NCBI GenBank assembly: GCA_043755105.1
Contig: JAYUUC010000375.1
Location: 53,611 to 117,610 of the forward strand
DNA length: 64,000 nucleotides
Direction of reading: 5' to 3'
Source of the DNA: Myxococcales bacterium
GTDB lineage: Bacteria; Myxococcota; Myxococcia; Myxococcales; Myxococcaceae
The position numbers and the translations under genes are program-made. The notes under the pieces are model-generated. The model was not told where the DNA came from and did not search any database. It worked only from the letters and a program-made list of their open reading frames with translations. This document shows positions 1-9,700 of the stretch, piece after piece. The stretch's first letter is position 1. Each line of letters starts with the position of its first letter.

Positions 1-681
1 CCGGAAACCCAATCCGGCGCAGGCGATGCACTTGGCACCGCGGACGTGCTTGCTGCCCAAGCAATGCTCGCAGTTGGGGGGCGTGATCATGTTCTCGTCG
101 GCCAGCTGGGAGCCGAACGTCAGAGAACCCGTATACTGCTCCTTCTTCTTCTTGAAGTAGCCGTCCAGGTCGTTGAAGTTGTAGGCCCCGTCGTCAGCGA
201 AGGAGGTGACCTTGAGGGTGCGGCTGGTCTGCTCCATGAGGGTTTCGATGTTCTCGACCTTCCCCTCCTGGTAATACTTCTTCATCTTGTAGAAGGCGTC
301 GTAGAACACCCGGCACTTGGCCCAGGCGTCCAGCTGGGGCGTCAAGTGCTCGAGGGAGAACTCGGTCATCTTCTGCTTGGACAGGTTGATGGCGTTGCCC
401 ATCTTCCCGCGGACGTCTGGCTTCTGGCACATGAAGTGCGAGCAGGACCGGACCTCCTCCAGGGTCGGGATTCGCCCCAGCTCGTTGAAGTACTTGACCT
501 TGGCCTCCCACACCATGCCGTTGTAGGCGTTCAAGAAGAACGCTGGGTAGACGTAGGGCTTCACGAGGGTGAAGAACTTCTCGTTGTGAAGCGCGTGGCC
601 CAAAAAGGCGGATTGCTGGGCGTCCGAGAAGGGGAGCTGTTCCTCGGGGCGGTTCAAAAGCTGGTCTTCTGCCTGGGACAT
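1..681 (-). CDS. partial CDS (first 227 codons; gene continues past the left edge); replication-associated protein with a DnaB-N-terminal-like segment and DnaJ-type CxxCxGxG zinc motifs
   Basis: ATG at 681-679 (minus). I translated the frame by hand and it is open to position 1. It is absent from the ORF track because no stop lies in the window. Translation starts MSQAEDQLLNRPEEQLPFSDAQQSAFLGHALHNEKFF..., which resembles the N-terminal domain of DnaB-type helicases. It ends ...NCEHCLGSKHVRGAKCIACAGLGFR, with two CxxCxG motifs. The + ORF 46..930 is its antisense shadow. Confidence 0.55.
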   Translation of the reverse strand, partial: MSQAEDQLLNRPEEQLPFSDAQQSAFLGHALHNEKFFTLVKPYVYPAFFLNAYNGMVWEAKVKYFNELGRIPTLEEVRSCSHFMCQKPDVRGKMGNAINLSKQKMTEFSLEHLTPQLDAWAKCRVFYDAFYKMKKYYQEGKVENIETLMEQTSRTLKVTSFADDGAYNFNDLDGYFKKKKEQYTGSLTFGSQLADENMITPPNCEHCLGSKHVRGAKCIACAGLGFR

Positions 682-712
682 GAAAAAACGCTCCGAAGAA
701 ACGGAAAAGACT

Positions 713-740
713 TTTACAAAAGTCGGAACTGCGCTATGAA
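713..740 (+). promoter_or_regulatory. sigma-70-like promoter candidate (TTTACA-N16-TATGAA)
   Basis: TTTACA at 713-718, TATGAA at 735-740, 16-nt spacer. It lies in the divergent intergenic region, about 50 nt upstream of the GTG start at 791. Confidence 0.3.
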
Positions 741-790
741 GTCAAATCACGCCGGGTTGCATTTCTACAACAGCCCGAAAGAGGACGCAA

Positions 791-1729
791 GTGAAAACCG
801 AAATGCGCGCTGTAACCCAGCTGCTGAGCTGGTCCAAGGTCATCGGTCTCGATCTGAATCCAATCGGACCCTACTCCTTCGAGGTGCCCCAGGGCAAGGT
901 CCAAGTGGTCGACGGAGTGCTGGTGGCTGAGTCACCCACCTCCAAGGCAAAGGTCCAGCTGGAAGACTTCATGAACCGGGACGTCTCCGTTTCGGTCAAG
1001 GCCTTCAACGACGTCACCGAGGTGCTCGGGTTGGGGCGGCCGAACCCCTTGGCCAACCGCACCCCCAGCAAGAAGCGCCTGAAGTACACCGACGAGCCGG
1101 AGATGATCGCCCTCCGGCACATGGAGGTTCGCCGGGTCCCGAATGCGTCACCGGAGGAGCTGAAGCTCTACGACCGCGTGGTCCGAGCCGCGGTGAAGTA
1201 CAACTACTACAAGTTCTACACCTACTTCCAGAAGGCCCAGCTGGGTCGGGACGACCTGTACTCGTACGCCCTGATGTGGACGAACAACTTCCTGGGCGCC
1301 ATGAAAGTCCCGGACCACCTGGCCCGCAAGGACGAGAACTGCAAGCTCCTCTGCGCCCACCTGAAGCAGCGCTTCGTCGACCTGCGCAACGTCCAGGCCC
1401 GCAAGAACCGCTCGGTGGTCATCTCCCGCGACGTCTTCGAGCTGGCCCTGGGCAACAACACCACCATGCCCCTCGAGTACCAGCAGGCCGCCGAGGACGA
1501 CGACGTGATTCCCCTAAAGAAGGAGATCACCCTGCGCCACCAGAAGTCCTCCCTCGAGCTGGAGGCCCGCCTCAAGGCAATGCCCCACGACGAGATGATC
1601 GAGACTCTCACCCGGGTCGGCTCCTCCGAAGACCTGCACCCCGACGCGGCGGCCGAGGCCCGGAAGCGCCTGAACTTCCATCGGCGCTGGTGCTCCAAGA
1701 AGGAGTGTCAGAAAAGCATGGCCGGGTGA
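791..1729 (+). CDS. hypothetical protein (weak sigma-70 region-2-like stretch)
   Basis: 312-aa ORF. GTG start is preceded by AAAGAGGA (778-785). DDLYSYALMWTNNFLGAMKV and ENCKLLCAHLKQRFVDLRNVQARKNR loosely resemble sigma regions 2.2-2.4. The 3' end overlaps the convergent primase gene by 22 nt. Confidence 0.6.
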   Translation: MKTEMRAVTQLLSWSKVIGLDLNPIGPYSFEVPQGKVQVVDGVLVAESPTSKAKVQLEDFMNRDVSVSVKAFNDVTEVLGLGRPNPLANRTPSKKRLKYTDEPEMIALRHMEVRRVPNASPEELKLYDRVVRAAVKYNYYKFYTYFQKAQLGRDDLYSYALMWTNNFLGAMKVPDHLARKDENCKLLCAHLKQRFVDLRNVQARKNRSVVISRDVFELALGNNTTMPLEYQQAAEDDDVIPLKKEITLRHQKSSLELEARLKAMPHDEMIETLTRVGSSEDLHPDAAAEARKRLNFHRRWCSKKECQKSMAG

Positions 1730-2751
1730 GCCTTTACAGCCCTGTTGAAGCAATCCCGGACGGCTTCAAACGACATCTTCCCGAGGTCGTTCTTGGAGCC
1801 GTCCGGTGCTTTGAAGGGAATGGGCAGAACCCGGATTTCCACCTCAGAGTAAAGCTCTCTTACAATCCAGGTCGTCATCTCCATGGCATCGGGGTCCAGA
1901 CCAAGGTAAAGTCGCTTTACACCGTGGTCCAGGATGACCTTCAGCTGAGCCGGGGTGACCTTCTTGCCCATGGAGCAGACGTTGCCCCCGCACAGGTGCC
2001 CTTTGACGGCATCGACGGGCCCTTCAGAGAGGAAGGCGTGCTCGGACCCCTTCAACCGGTCCTGGAACATCAGCACATTCGACCGAACGCCGGAAAGCTC
2101 GCGGTTGGAGAGGATTTTGGGGATTTCGATGAGCTTCCCGTCTTCCCCCTCCTCTGTCTCGGGCCAGATGTACCGGCCTTGCCAGCCCAGGAGCCTTCCG
2201 TCGACCTCAACCGGAAACATCACCCGGCCGGTGGGCGGGCAGTAGCGGATGCCGTACTGCATGGCGATCTCGCGGGGGATTTCTCGGCCGTTGTTGAAGC
2301 CCAAGGCCCTCCCTTCGGCCTCGGTCGACTCGAGGTACTTCACCCCCATCCCGGCGTGCTTGTGGTCCAGGGTGTAGGTCTCGGGGCCCCAGTAGACCTC
2401 CTGGTAGAGGAAGTCCTCGTCCTCCTCCAGCTCGTCGGGCTCGCCGTACTTGGAGAGCACCAACTCGTCGTACTCATCCATGTTGGGGACAAGGTGCCCC
2501 AGCAGGAACTCGGCGATTTGCTTGGCGGGCCGGTGGGTGAGCATCCCCAGGATGTAGGGTGCCCGCCCCTGCATCCCTTCCTTCTCGTTGCAGTACCAGC
2601 AGATGTACCAGCCGTCCGACTTCCGGATGGCCAGCTTCTCTTTGTTGCAACGGGGGCAGACCAGCAAGAAGCTGGTGCCCTTTGACTCAAAACTGATCGA
2701 GCCCTCCTCGAGGACCTGTTGGATCTTGTCGGCGAGGGCTCGGTCAGACAT
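1708..2751 (-). CDS. DNA primase (DnaG-like zinc finger plus TOPRIM)
   Basis: N-terminal zinc ribbon CPRC...CWYC. TOPRIM-type motifs SEGPVDAVKG and LGLDPDAME. ATG at 2751 overlaps the upstream stop (ATGA overlap); the track start at 2754 is TTG. Confidence 0.8.
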   Translation of the reverse strand: MSDRALADKIQQVLEEGSISFESKGTSFLLVCPRCNKEKLAIRKSDGWYICWYCNEKEGMQGRAPYILGMLTHRPAKQIAEFLLGHLVPNMDEYDELVLSKYGEPDELEEDEDFLYQEVYWGPETYTLDHKHAGMGVKYLESTEAEGRALGFNNGREIPREIAMQYGIRYCPPTGRVMFPVEVDGRLLGWQGRYIWPETEEGEDGKLIEIPKILSNRELSGVRSNVLMFQDRLKGSEHAFLSEGPVDAVKGHLCGGNVCSMGKKVTPAQLKVILDHGVKRLYLGLDPDAMEMTTWIVRELYSEVEIRVLPIPFKAPDGSKNDLGKMSFEAVRDCFNRAVKAHPAMLF

Positions 2752-3980
2752 CAAGCCTCCAGGCTCATCGAGTCGAAGTCCTCATCCGACCCGCTGGTGG
2801 CGTCGAACTCCTCCGAGGCGCCTCCGGCCAGGTTGGCTCCGTTCTTCAGGGCCAGCTGCTCGTCACGAGCCGAGAAGGCCCCTTCCGCGTCCAGCTTGCG
2901 GATCTTCATCATGACGTCGTCGCAGGCCTCGGGGTGGTCCCGGAAGTAGTCGAAGGCCGCCTTCTCGCTCAGCCACGACAGCTGCTGGGGCTCGTAGTAG
3001 AGGCCCGTCTTCTTGCCCGGGGGAGTGCTCAGGACGCCAGTCTTCTTGCCGAGGATGACCACCTCTTCGTGGGTGTTCACGACCCCCTTGTGGTAGTCGA
3101 GGGTGAACACGGCCACGCGCCCCTTCGGCCCGCTGGAGTTGTCCTTCATCGTGACCTTGATCTTGTGCCCCGTGCGCTCACCTGCGGAGCCGTCGGAGGC
3201 CATGGTCATGGTCTTGTTCTCCATCAGGTTGCCCTTGCCGTCGGTGCGGCCCGCCTTGGCAATCCAGGCCTCGGCGAACAGGAAGTGCTCGCAGTGGTGC
3301 TGGAGGCCGTAGCCAGAGGACATCTTGAACTTGTTGCCCCGCATCTGCTCGGTGCGGTCCATCTCGGCCGTCACATGGCAGGTGGCGAAGAGGGTGATGT
3401 TGTACTCGCGCTGGACCGGCAGGAAGAGCTTCAGGCCCTCCTTAATGGTCAGCGCCACGTCGCCGATCTGCTGGGTCTCGATGGACTTCTTGCCAGCCAG
3501 GGCGCGGCGGCCGAGGATGGCCGAGGACGAGTCGATGGCCACCAGACCGAGGTTCATGCCGTTCTTGCACATGGTCCCGATCTCGTTGGCGAGCCGGTCG
3601 AAGATCTTCATCGGGTTGTTGCCCTCGTAGATCACGAACTCGTCGCGGTCCACCTTGAAGGCCTTCTTGTGGGTGGGGTCCGACTGGAAGCGGTAGCGGA
3701 ACTCCGTGTCGAAGACCGCCACCACGCCAGGCTCGGTCTTGTCGTCGCCCGGGTTCTTGGCGAGGAAATTGCCCGCCAGGTCCTTCACCAGCAGCGACTT
3801 GCCGCCCTTCGGGGGTGCGAAGCCAGCGATGGACGCACCTCGACGAACGCCACCGTCGGAACCGAAGATCATGTTCATCGACGGCGAGGTGAACTCGAGG
3901 ATCTCGACCGGACGCTCAGCGCCCTGCCAGACACCATCGAGTTCCAACATCTTGGATGCAAAAGACTTCTTCGGGGCCAT
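2751..3980 (-). CDS. RecA/UvsX-like recombinase
   Basis: Walker A GFAPPKGGKS and Walker B-like LGLVAIDSSSA, with an acidic C-terminal tail. The ATG at 3980 has GGAG 6 nt upstream, so I prefer it to the GTG at 3992. Confidence 0.75.
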   Translation of the reverse strand: MAPKKSFASKMLELDGVWQGAERPVEILEFTSPSMNMIFGSDGGVRRGASIAGFAPPKGGKSLLVKDLAGNFLAKNPGDDKTEPGVVAVFDTEFRYRFQSDPTHKKAFKVDRDEFVIYEGNNPMKIFDRLANEIGTMCKNGMNLGLVAIDSSSAILGRRALAGKKSIETQQIGDVALTIKEGLKLFLPVQREYNITLFATCHVTAEMDRTEQMRGNKFKMSSGYGLQHHCEHFLFAEAWIAKAGRTDGKGNLMENKTMTMASDGSAGERTGHKIKVTMKDNSSGPKGRVAVFTLDYHKGVVNTHEEVVILGKKTGVLSTPPGKKTGLYYEPQQLSWLSEKAAFDYFRDHPEACDDVMMKIRKLDAEGAFSARDEQLALKNGANLAGGASEEFDATSGSDEDFDSMSLEA

Positions 3981-3993
3981 TTGAATCTCCACT

Positions 3994-4560
3994 TCAGGTG
4001 ATCACGTCGCCAGGACCAGCTTCTTCGGGGATGCTGCCGCTTCGAATCGGGCGTTCGGGGAAACTGGAGCCCCCGAGCACCTTCTTCACAGAGTTGTAGT
4101 TCATCAGGAAGATCTCGGCCTTCAGAGACATCATCTTCTGAATCGAGACCAGGACGTCCTTGGCGTCCACCAGTTTTTGGTACTCCGGGTCGGCCGAGAT
4201 GATGGCCTCACGGTTGTCGACCGAGTCGCGAAGGTTCTTCCCCTTCATGATCTCCGGCACCTTGTCGATGAGGAGGACGGCTCGAACACGGGCGATGGCC
4301 TTCTCGGCCTCGTTGACCTCGCGCTGGGCGTACTGGTCGTACTTCTTGGCGGTCCCGTAGGCCACCGTGAAGACGTAGAGCAACTCCGGCGCCGTGTGGG
4401 CGTTGACGACCGCCACCTCCTTGGTGCGGACTTCGGCTCGAGACAGATAGGCCACGTTCATCTCGAAAGGAGTCTCTTCGCTCTTCGGGTTGCCCCGAGG
4501 CAAGAGCATGTACTGCTCACCCTTCGCGATTTTGGGAAGTACAACAGGCAGGTCTGACAT
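3994..4560 (-). CDS. hypothetical protein
   Basis: 188-aa ORF with ATG start and GGAG upstream. Tightly packed between the recombinase and the SSB-like gene. Confidence 0.6.
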   Translation of the reverse strand: MSDLPVVLPKIAKGEQYMLLPRGNPKSEETPFEMNVAYLSRAEVRTKEVAVVNAHTAPELLYVFTVAYGTAKKYDQYAQREVNEAEKAIARVRAVLLIDKVPEIMKGKNLRDSVDNREAIISADPEYQKLVDAKDVLVSIQKMMSLKAEIFLMNYNSVKKVLGGSSFPERPIRSGSIPEEAGPGDVIT

Positions 4561-4633
4561 GGAGGGTACTCCAAAGAAAGTGCGGGAGCCTTTTGAGGGG
4601 CTCCCGCACTTTAGCAGAACTCTCGGAAGAGGT

Positions 4634-5890
4634 CTACTTCTTGATGTCCATCAAGTCCTTGAACATGTCCGCGTCGACCGAGTCGGGCGGCAGGTCCGAG
4701 AAGTCCGGGTCGGCCTTGGGCGCCACCTGGGCCTTGGCAGCAGCCACCTCAGCCGCCTTCTTCGCGGCCTCCTTCTTGGCCCGCAGCGCCTCGAGCTGGG
4801 CCTTCTGGGCTGCCATCAGGGCCGCCTCTTCGTCGACCTCGGGGGGCGGGGCCTGCACCACCGGCTTCTGGGCCGGAATGACCGGCTTCTGCGTCACCGG
4901 GGCCTGCGTCGGGGCGGGCTTCGAGTCCGGCGGGGCCGCGTGGGTCGGCTTCACGACCACCCGAGGGGCGTCCGCATCGGTGTGCGGGGGCGGCTCGTTG
5001 GCACGCACGGGCTCGGTCGCCGTGGTGGTCTTCTGGGGGAAGTTGAAGACCGTGGTGTTGTACTGCGGCGAGTTGTCGCCATCGATCAGGGCCTGGATCT
5101 GCTGCGCCGTCAGGTGGATGCCGTTGGCGTTGATATCCGGCTCGAAGGCCGCCTTGCAGGCCGCCTTCTGGGCTGCCGTGAGGGGCGCCTGGACCAGGTT
5201 GCCCTCGGCGTCACGCACGAACTCGACCGAGGTGCGGACGTCGTTCTTCGCGTCGCCGAACTTCATCATCCGGAACTTCACCAGCAGGCCCTGGCCCGGG
5301 GAGGTCTGGGAGATCCCCATGACTTCCTTGATGGTCTTGGCCTGGCCGGTCATGTCCTGGTAGGCCTTGTACTTGATGGGCAGGCGGATCGGCGACCCCG
5401 ACTTGTCCAGCGCGTAGTGCAGGTAGGCCTTGGTGACGTTGTGGGCCTTCAGCCAGTCCTCGACCGACTTCAGCTCGGCCTTCGCCTGGGCCCGCTCCTC
5501 GCCCTTGAGGTCGTCGATGGCGGCCAGGAGCTTGCGCTGACGGCCCTCCTTGACCGAGATCTGGTCGCACTTGGGGCAGCGGACCGTGATGACCTTGTCG
5601 TCACCCTGGCCACGAGACTCCTCGATGCACATGAAGGGCACCGACTGGGTCTTGCCGTTGCGGGAGAACGGGTGACCGAAGTGGCCCACCTCGTAGTAGT
5701 AGTTGCGACCGGCCTGGGGGTGGCTGGGGTCTGCCCGGATACCCATCGCCGGGAGGATGCGGAATGGCCCGTAGGTGATGGCGTTCTCTTCGCCCTTGTC
5801 CTTCGGGTTCTTCATGTCCAGCCGCTTGGCGAACTTCGCGCCACCACCGGAGCCTTCGCCTTCGTAGAAGCCATCGTTCTCAGTCGTCAT
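4634..5890 (-). CDS. putative ssDNA-binding protein (T4 gp32-like)
   Basis: YYYEVGHFGH...FMCIEE...CPKCD matches the gp32 His/Cys3 zinc-site pattern (NHGF...IETC...CPVC). GLLVKFRMMKFG resembles gp32 KVFKYRFGKK. It has a long P/A/Q/K linker and an acidic C-terminal tail DPDFSDLPPDSVDADMFKDLMD. It sits next to the recombinase. Confidence 0.55.
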   Translation of the reverse strand: MTTENDGFYEGEGSGGGAKFAKRLDMKNPKDKGEENAITYGPFRILPAMGIRADPSHPQAGRNYYYEVGHFGHPFSRNGKTQSVPFMCIEESRGQGDDKVITVRCPKCDQISVKEGRQRKLLAAIDDLKGEERAQAKAELKSVEDWLKAHNVTKAYLHYALDKSGSPIRLPIKYKAYQDMTGQAKTIKEVMGISQTSPGQGLLVKFRMMKFGDAKNDVRTSVEFVRDAEGNLVQAPLTAAQKAACKAAFEPDINANGIHLTAQQIQALIDGDNSPQYNTTVFNFPQKTTTATEPVRANEPPPHTDADAPRVVVKPTHAAPPDSKPAPTQAPVTQKPVIPAQKPVVQAPPPEVDEEAALMAAQKAQLEALRAKKEAAKKAAEVAAAKAQVAPKADPDFSDLPPDSVDADMFKDLMDIKK

Positions 5891-5941
5891 CAGAGTCCTG
5901 CCTTTCAGGGTGTTGCGGGGGAGGGTTCAGCGCTTCGAGTT

Positions 5942-6721
5942 CTACTTCTTGTTGGGGGTCGAAGTCAACGACTTCTTCAACTTGGCGAAGACCTCGGCCA
6001 CGAAGGCATCCGGGCCGGACTTCTCGATGACGTCGACCTCCACGAGTTGATGATTGCCACCCAGAATGGCCTTCGGGACCCCCGGAATCTCTTCCGATGT
6101 CAGACCCCCCAGGACCACCAGGATCGGCAGCACGTCGGGCTGCTGGGCCAACAGCTTCTCCTTCAGCTGGTTCTTGAGGTAGATGGTGTTGATGTCGTCG
6201 CCCGAGGTGGCCTGGATCATCTTCCGGGCGATGTTGACTGCGGCCTCCGTCGGGTTGGTCTTGATGACCTCCGGGTTGCCCATCTTCGGCTGGGGGTACT
6301 GGCGGATGCCCATCTTGGTGGCCTCCTCAGCCAGGGCCGACAGGATGAGGGTCTCCTGATGGGTGGACCACTGACCGGTGCCGTTCATGGAGGAGACCGC
6401 CTGGCCAACGAGCTTCGAGTAGAACTCGTCGCCCGACAGCACGATGACGTTGGGGTCCACCAGCGACATCGCCTCCATCGCCTGGGCCACGTTCTCGGGC
6501 TTGCCGGTGAAGCAGAGAAGGATGGCTCCTTCTTTCGACTCCACCTTGGTCAGGTAGGCCTTCAGAATGGCCTCGAGCTTCACCTCGGCGTCCTTCTTGC
6601 CGATCATGATTGAGGTCTGCGAGTTGTACGGGACCTCCGACATCTTGCGGTCGAGGATCTTCTTCAGCTCATTCACGTCGATCCACATCTGCGGGATGGT
6701 CTGCTTCGGTTCACGGGGCAT
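5942..6721 (-). CDS. hypothetical protein
   Basis: 259-aa ORF with ATG start. It overlaps the dnaE stop by 11 nt, consistent with operon packing. Confidence 0.6.
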   Translation of the reverse strand: MPREPKQTIPQMWIDVNELKKILDRKMSEVPYNSQTSIMIGKKDAEVKLEAILKAYLTKVESKEGAILLCFTGKPENVAQAMEAMSLVDPNVIVLSGDEFYSKLVGQAVSSMNGTGQWSTHQETLILSALAEEATKMGIRQYPQPKMGNPEVIKTNPTEAAVNIARKMIQATSGDDINTIYLKNQLKEKLLAQQPDVLPILVVLGGLTSEEIPGVPKAILGGNHQLVEVDVIEKSGPDAFVAEVFAKLKKSLTSTPNKK

Positions 6722-9700
6722 GTTCTTCCTCTTCGGCCTTCAGGTTGAGCGGCGGGGTAAGGAGCTTCACCGACATCAGGCGGGTTTCATCACTACCACT
6801 TTTTCGCCTGAGAATCACCATCACAATCGCTCCGGTGAAGTCGTTTTTGAGGTAGTAGTCGTCGAGCTTGGCATCCCGCCCGAAGATGACCTTCTCATAG
6901 TAGTAGCCGTTGACCTCGTACCGGAGCTTGAAGGCGTGGTAGGGCTTCTGAGAGGTCTTCGAGACCCCTTCCCACGACTCGGCCTCGGACACATAGGCCA
7001 CCTGAACCATGTCCAGGTCCCGGGAATCGCCCACCAGCTCGTCATTCTCGATGACCTCCAGCTCGTCACCGTCCACGCACAGGCAGCGGATCTTCCGACG
7101 ACGCTCGGTCTTCATGTCGAAGAACTCGTGGTCGTACACCAGGTCGCCGTCCTCGTTCTTGTAGAGATCAGTCCCAGGAGGCAGCGATTCGCGGAGGTCC
7201 TCGGCATAGGAAGGCAGGATCTGCTTCCGAATCTGGTACTGGACCATCGGAGTGACCGTCGAGTAGGCCTTGGCGATGGGCTTCTGCTTCTCACCCGTGA
7301 CCTCGGCCAGCACCTTCTCGTAGTACATCAGCTTGTCGATGGTGTTGAGCGGCTTGCCGTCCTCGCCCTTCTCCGGGAACAGGGACTCCATCGCCCCAGC
7401 CAGAATGAGGTTGTAGCACTTGGCACGCCCGAGCATGGAGCGGCCCCGCTTGACCTTCTTGACGTCGATCACGTCGCCGACCTTGTAGCCCGCAGCCTTC
7501 TGGAGCTTGGTGACCTTCTTCAGGACCGTGGGCACGATCTCGGTGGTGGCCAGGTTGTCCTTGCGGGTCTCGATGGCCCGAATGAAGGCTTCGAGCGTGT
7601 CGAAGGACTCCAGCTCCTCCAGCTCGCGCAAGACGGCCTCGGCGATACCCATCATCAGGTTCAGGGGCGCCTGGATCTTGCCGTTCCGCACGAAGAAGCC
7701 CGGCCGGGACAGCTTGATGTCGGGCAGCGAGATGAACTTCCCGGCCTCCTGCCAGTAGATATTGAAGATGTCGTCCTTCTTGGCATGCGTCAACGTGGCC
7801 GCCCACCACTCGAGCGGGTAGTGCTTGCGGAGGAACGCGCAGGCATAGCCGATGATGGAGTAGCAGATGGAGTGGCTGTTCGAGGTCACAACCCCGTTGG
7901 GGAGGAGGAAGTTGTGCTTGGGGTGGGAGACCTCAAGATCACACATCCGTTTGATGCCCACGGGCTGGACTCGTACAACTTTCCGACGCACCAGACTCCC
8001 GGTTGAGGCGAGCGGAGCATCGCTGTGAGCCATGCCAACCATTCCTCCTCCATCTTCCCATCCGAGGTTCGAAAGCATTCCCCCGATAATCGCAGCAGCA
8101 TCACGTCCGAGCGGCTCAGGGCTTCCGCATTCAGCATCGCATCGCGCGCCTGAATGGTCGCCAAAGTCCGTCTCGCCCGTCGAGCATTCTTCAGCTCGAA
8201 GAAGTGGAAGAACCCGTCCACTTCCACCCAGATCTTGTCCTTCACGAAGTCCACTTGTTTCCGTTCCAGGCCGCATCGAATTTGCCCCTCCTCCCAAGTG
8301 AGAATCCCCGTACTCCGTAACCACGCTTCGGCCTTTGATGCTTTTGTCGCCTTGCGAGCCAATGCCTGGAACTTCAGCATCTCCTCGGGATGAGCTACCT
8401 GCCAAGTGTGAATCCGAGCCACTCGCTCCAACTGGATTTCCCGTCGAGCCGAGGTCTTCTTCGCCGTTACGCTGGCGATAGCCCGCTGCTCGGGCGACTG
8501 GTTGTGCTTCAGGTTCTTCTGCCGGATGTTCTCCTTCTTGATCGCGGAGCAGGTTGGACACTCCTTCTTGTGTGCTGGAATTCCCCGAGTTGGGGGAGTC
8601 GCACCGCACGGCATGACCACGCCGAGGGCTCCATTCAGCGCCAGCAGGCGCTGACGCTGAATCTCCGCAGCTTCCTCCTGGCACACAAGACACTCCTTGC
8701 GATGCTCGGGCCTGAGGTAGGCCTTGATCACTCGTCCGCACTTCACCACCATCGTCTTTGCCGACACAGAGCACCTCCGTCCCAGTGGACCAGATCTCGT
8801 GCAACGGCATCATCCCCTGGTCGGTCAAGAACTTGTGGTCGATGGAAGTCTCAACCGTGGAACCATCATCGAACTCTACCAGGAAAGACAGGAGTTCTCC
8901 ATGGTCATGAACTGCAACCACTTCGTTCTCCACGACCTGGCCGTTCTCGTCCACTCCGTTGATCTTGTCACCAGCCACGAAGTCCTTGATCTGCTTGGAC
9001 TCGCCGTTGCTCATGCACAAGATTGTGTCTGTGGCAACCGATTTGTTGAAGCCGTACTCCGACCAGGCGAGGAAGGTCTGCCAGAGGTCCTTGGCCTCGG
9101 CCTCCCCCAGCTTGGCCCCAGCCTTCTCCATCCAGAAGGGGAAGGCCGCCTCGATCTTCTCCTTCTTCTTCTTGGCCACGTTCCGGCGGTATTCCTCGGC
9201 CTCAGCACCCGTGCAGCCAGTCAGCTCCTGGTAGGCGTACTGGAGCTGTTCCTGGTACACCAGCAGCCCGTAGGTCTCCGGGAAGAGCTTCATGAAGACC
9301 TCGCGGGGCTGAATCGGGGCCTCCCCACGCGCCCGGCGGGCGAACTCCACCATGGTGTTGTGCTTCTCTCCGTTCTCCGGGTTGGTCACCCAGGTGTTCA
9401 GACCACCCGGCCGGTCCAGGGCCGTGAAGGCCGACAGGTCCTCGATCGAGTCGATGGCCTTGTGGACCTCACCGTTGGCGTCGATCTTCTTCACCGAGTC
9501 GAAGTGCTTCAGCCAGGGGAGCGCGCCTGGGGAGCCGAACTGGAAGACGCCCTTGTCGATCTTGCCCTCGCAGATGGACCGGTAGACGGGCTGGGAGTCG
9601 GGGAGGTCCCAGATGTCGTAGTGCTTCCCCTCGAACGGGATGACGCGAATCAGCGGGACGCGCTTGCCGTCGATGGTGATCGAGCCCTTCTTGGGGTCGT

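Noticed and set aside
7886-8767. The out-of-frame endonuclease ORF as a simple sequencing frameshift of an ordinary in-frame intein endonuclease
   Set aside because: Not rejected outright, but judged less likely. It would need two compensating indels. The DnaE frame is open across the whole region, and the ORF has its own GGAGG-N6-GTG start. It is kept as a finding, with re-sequencing as the test.
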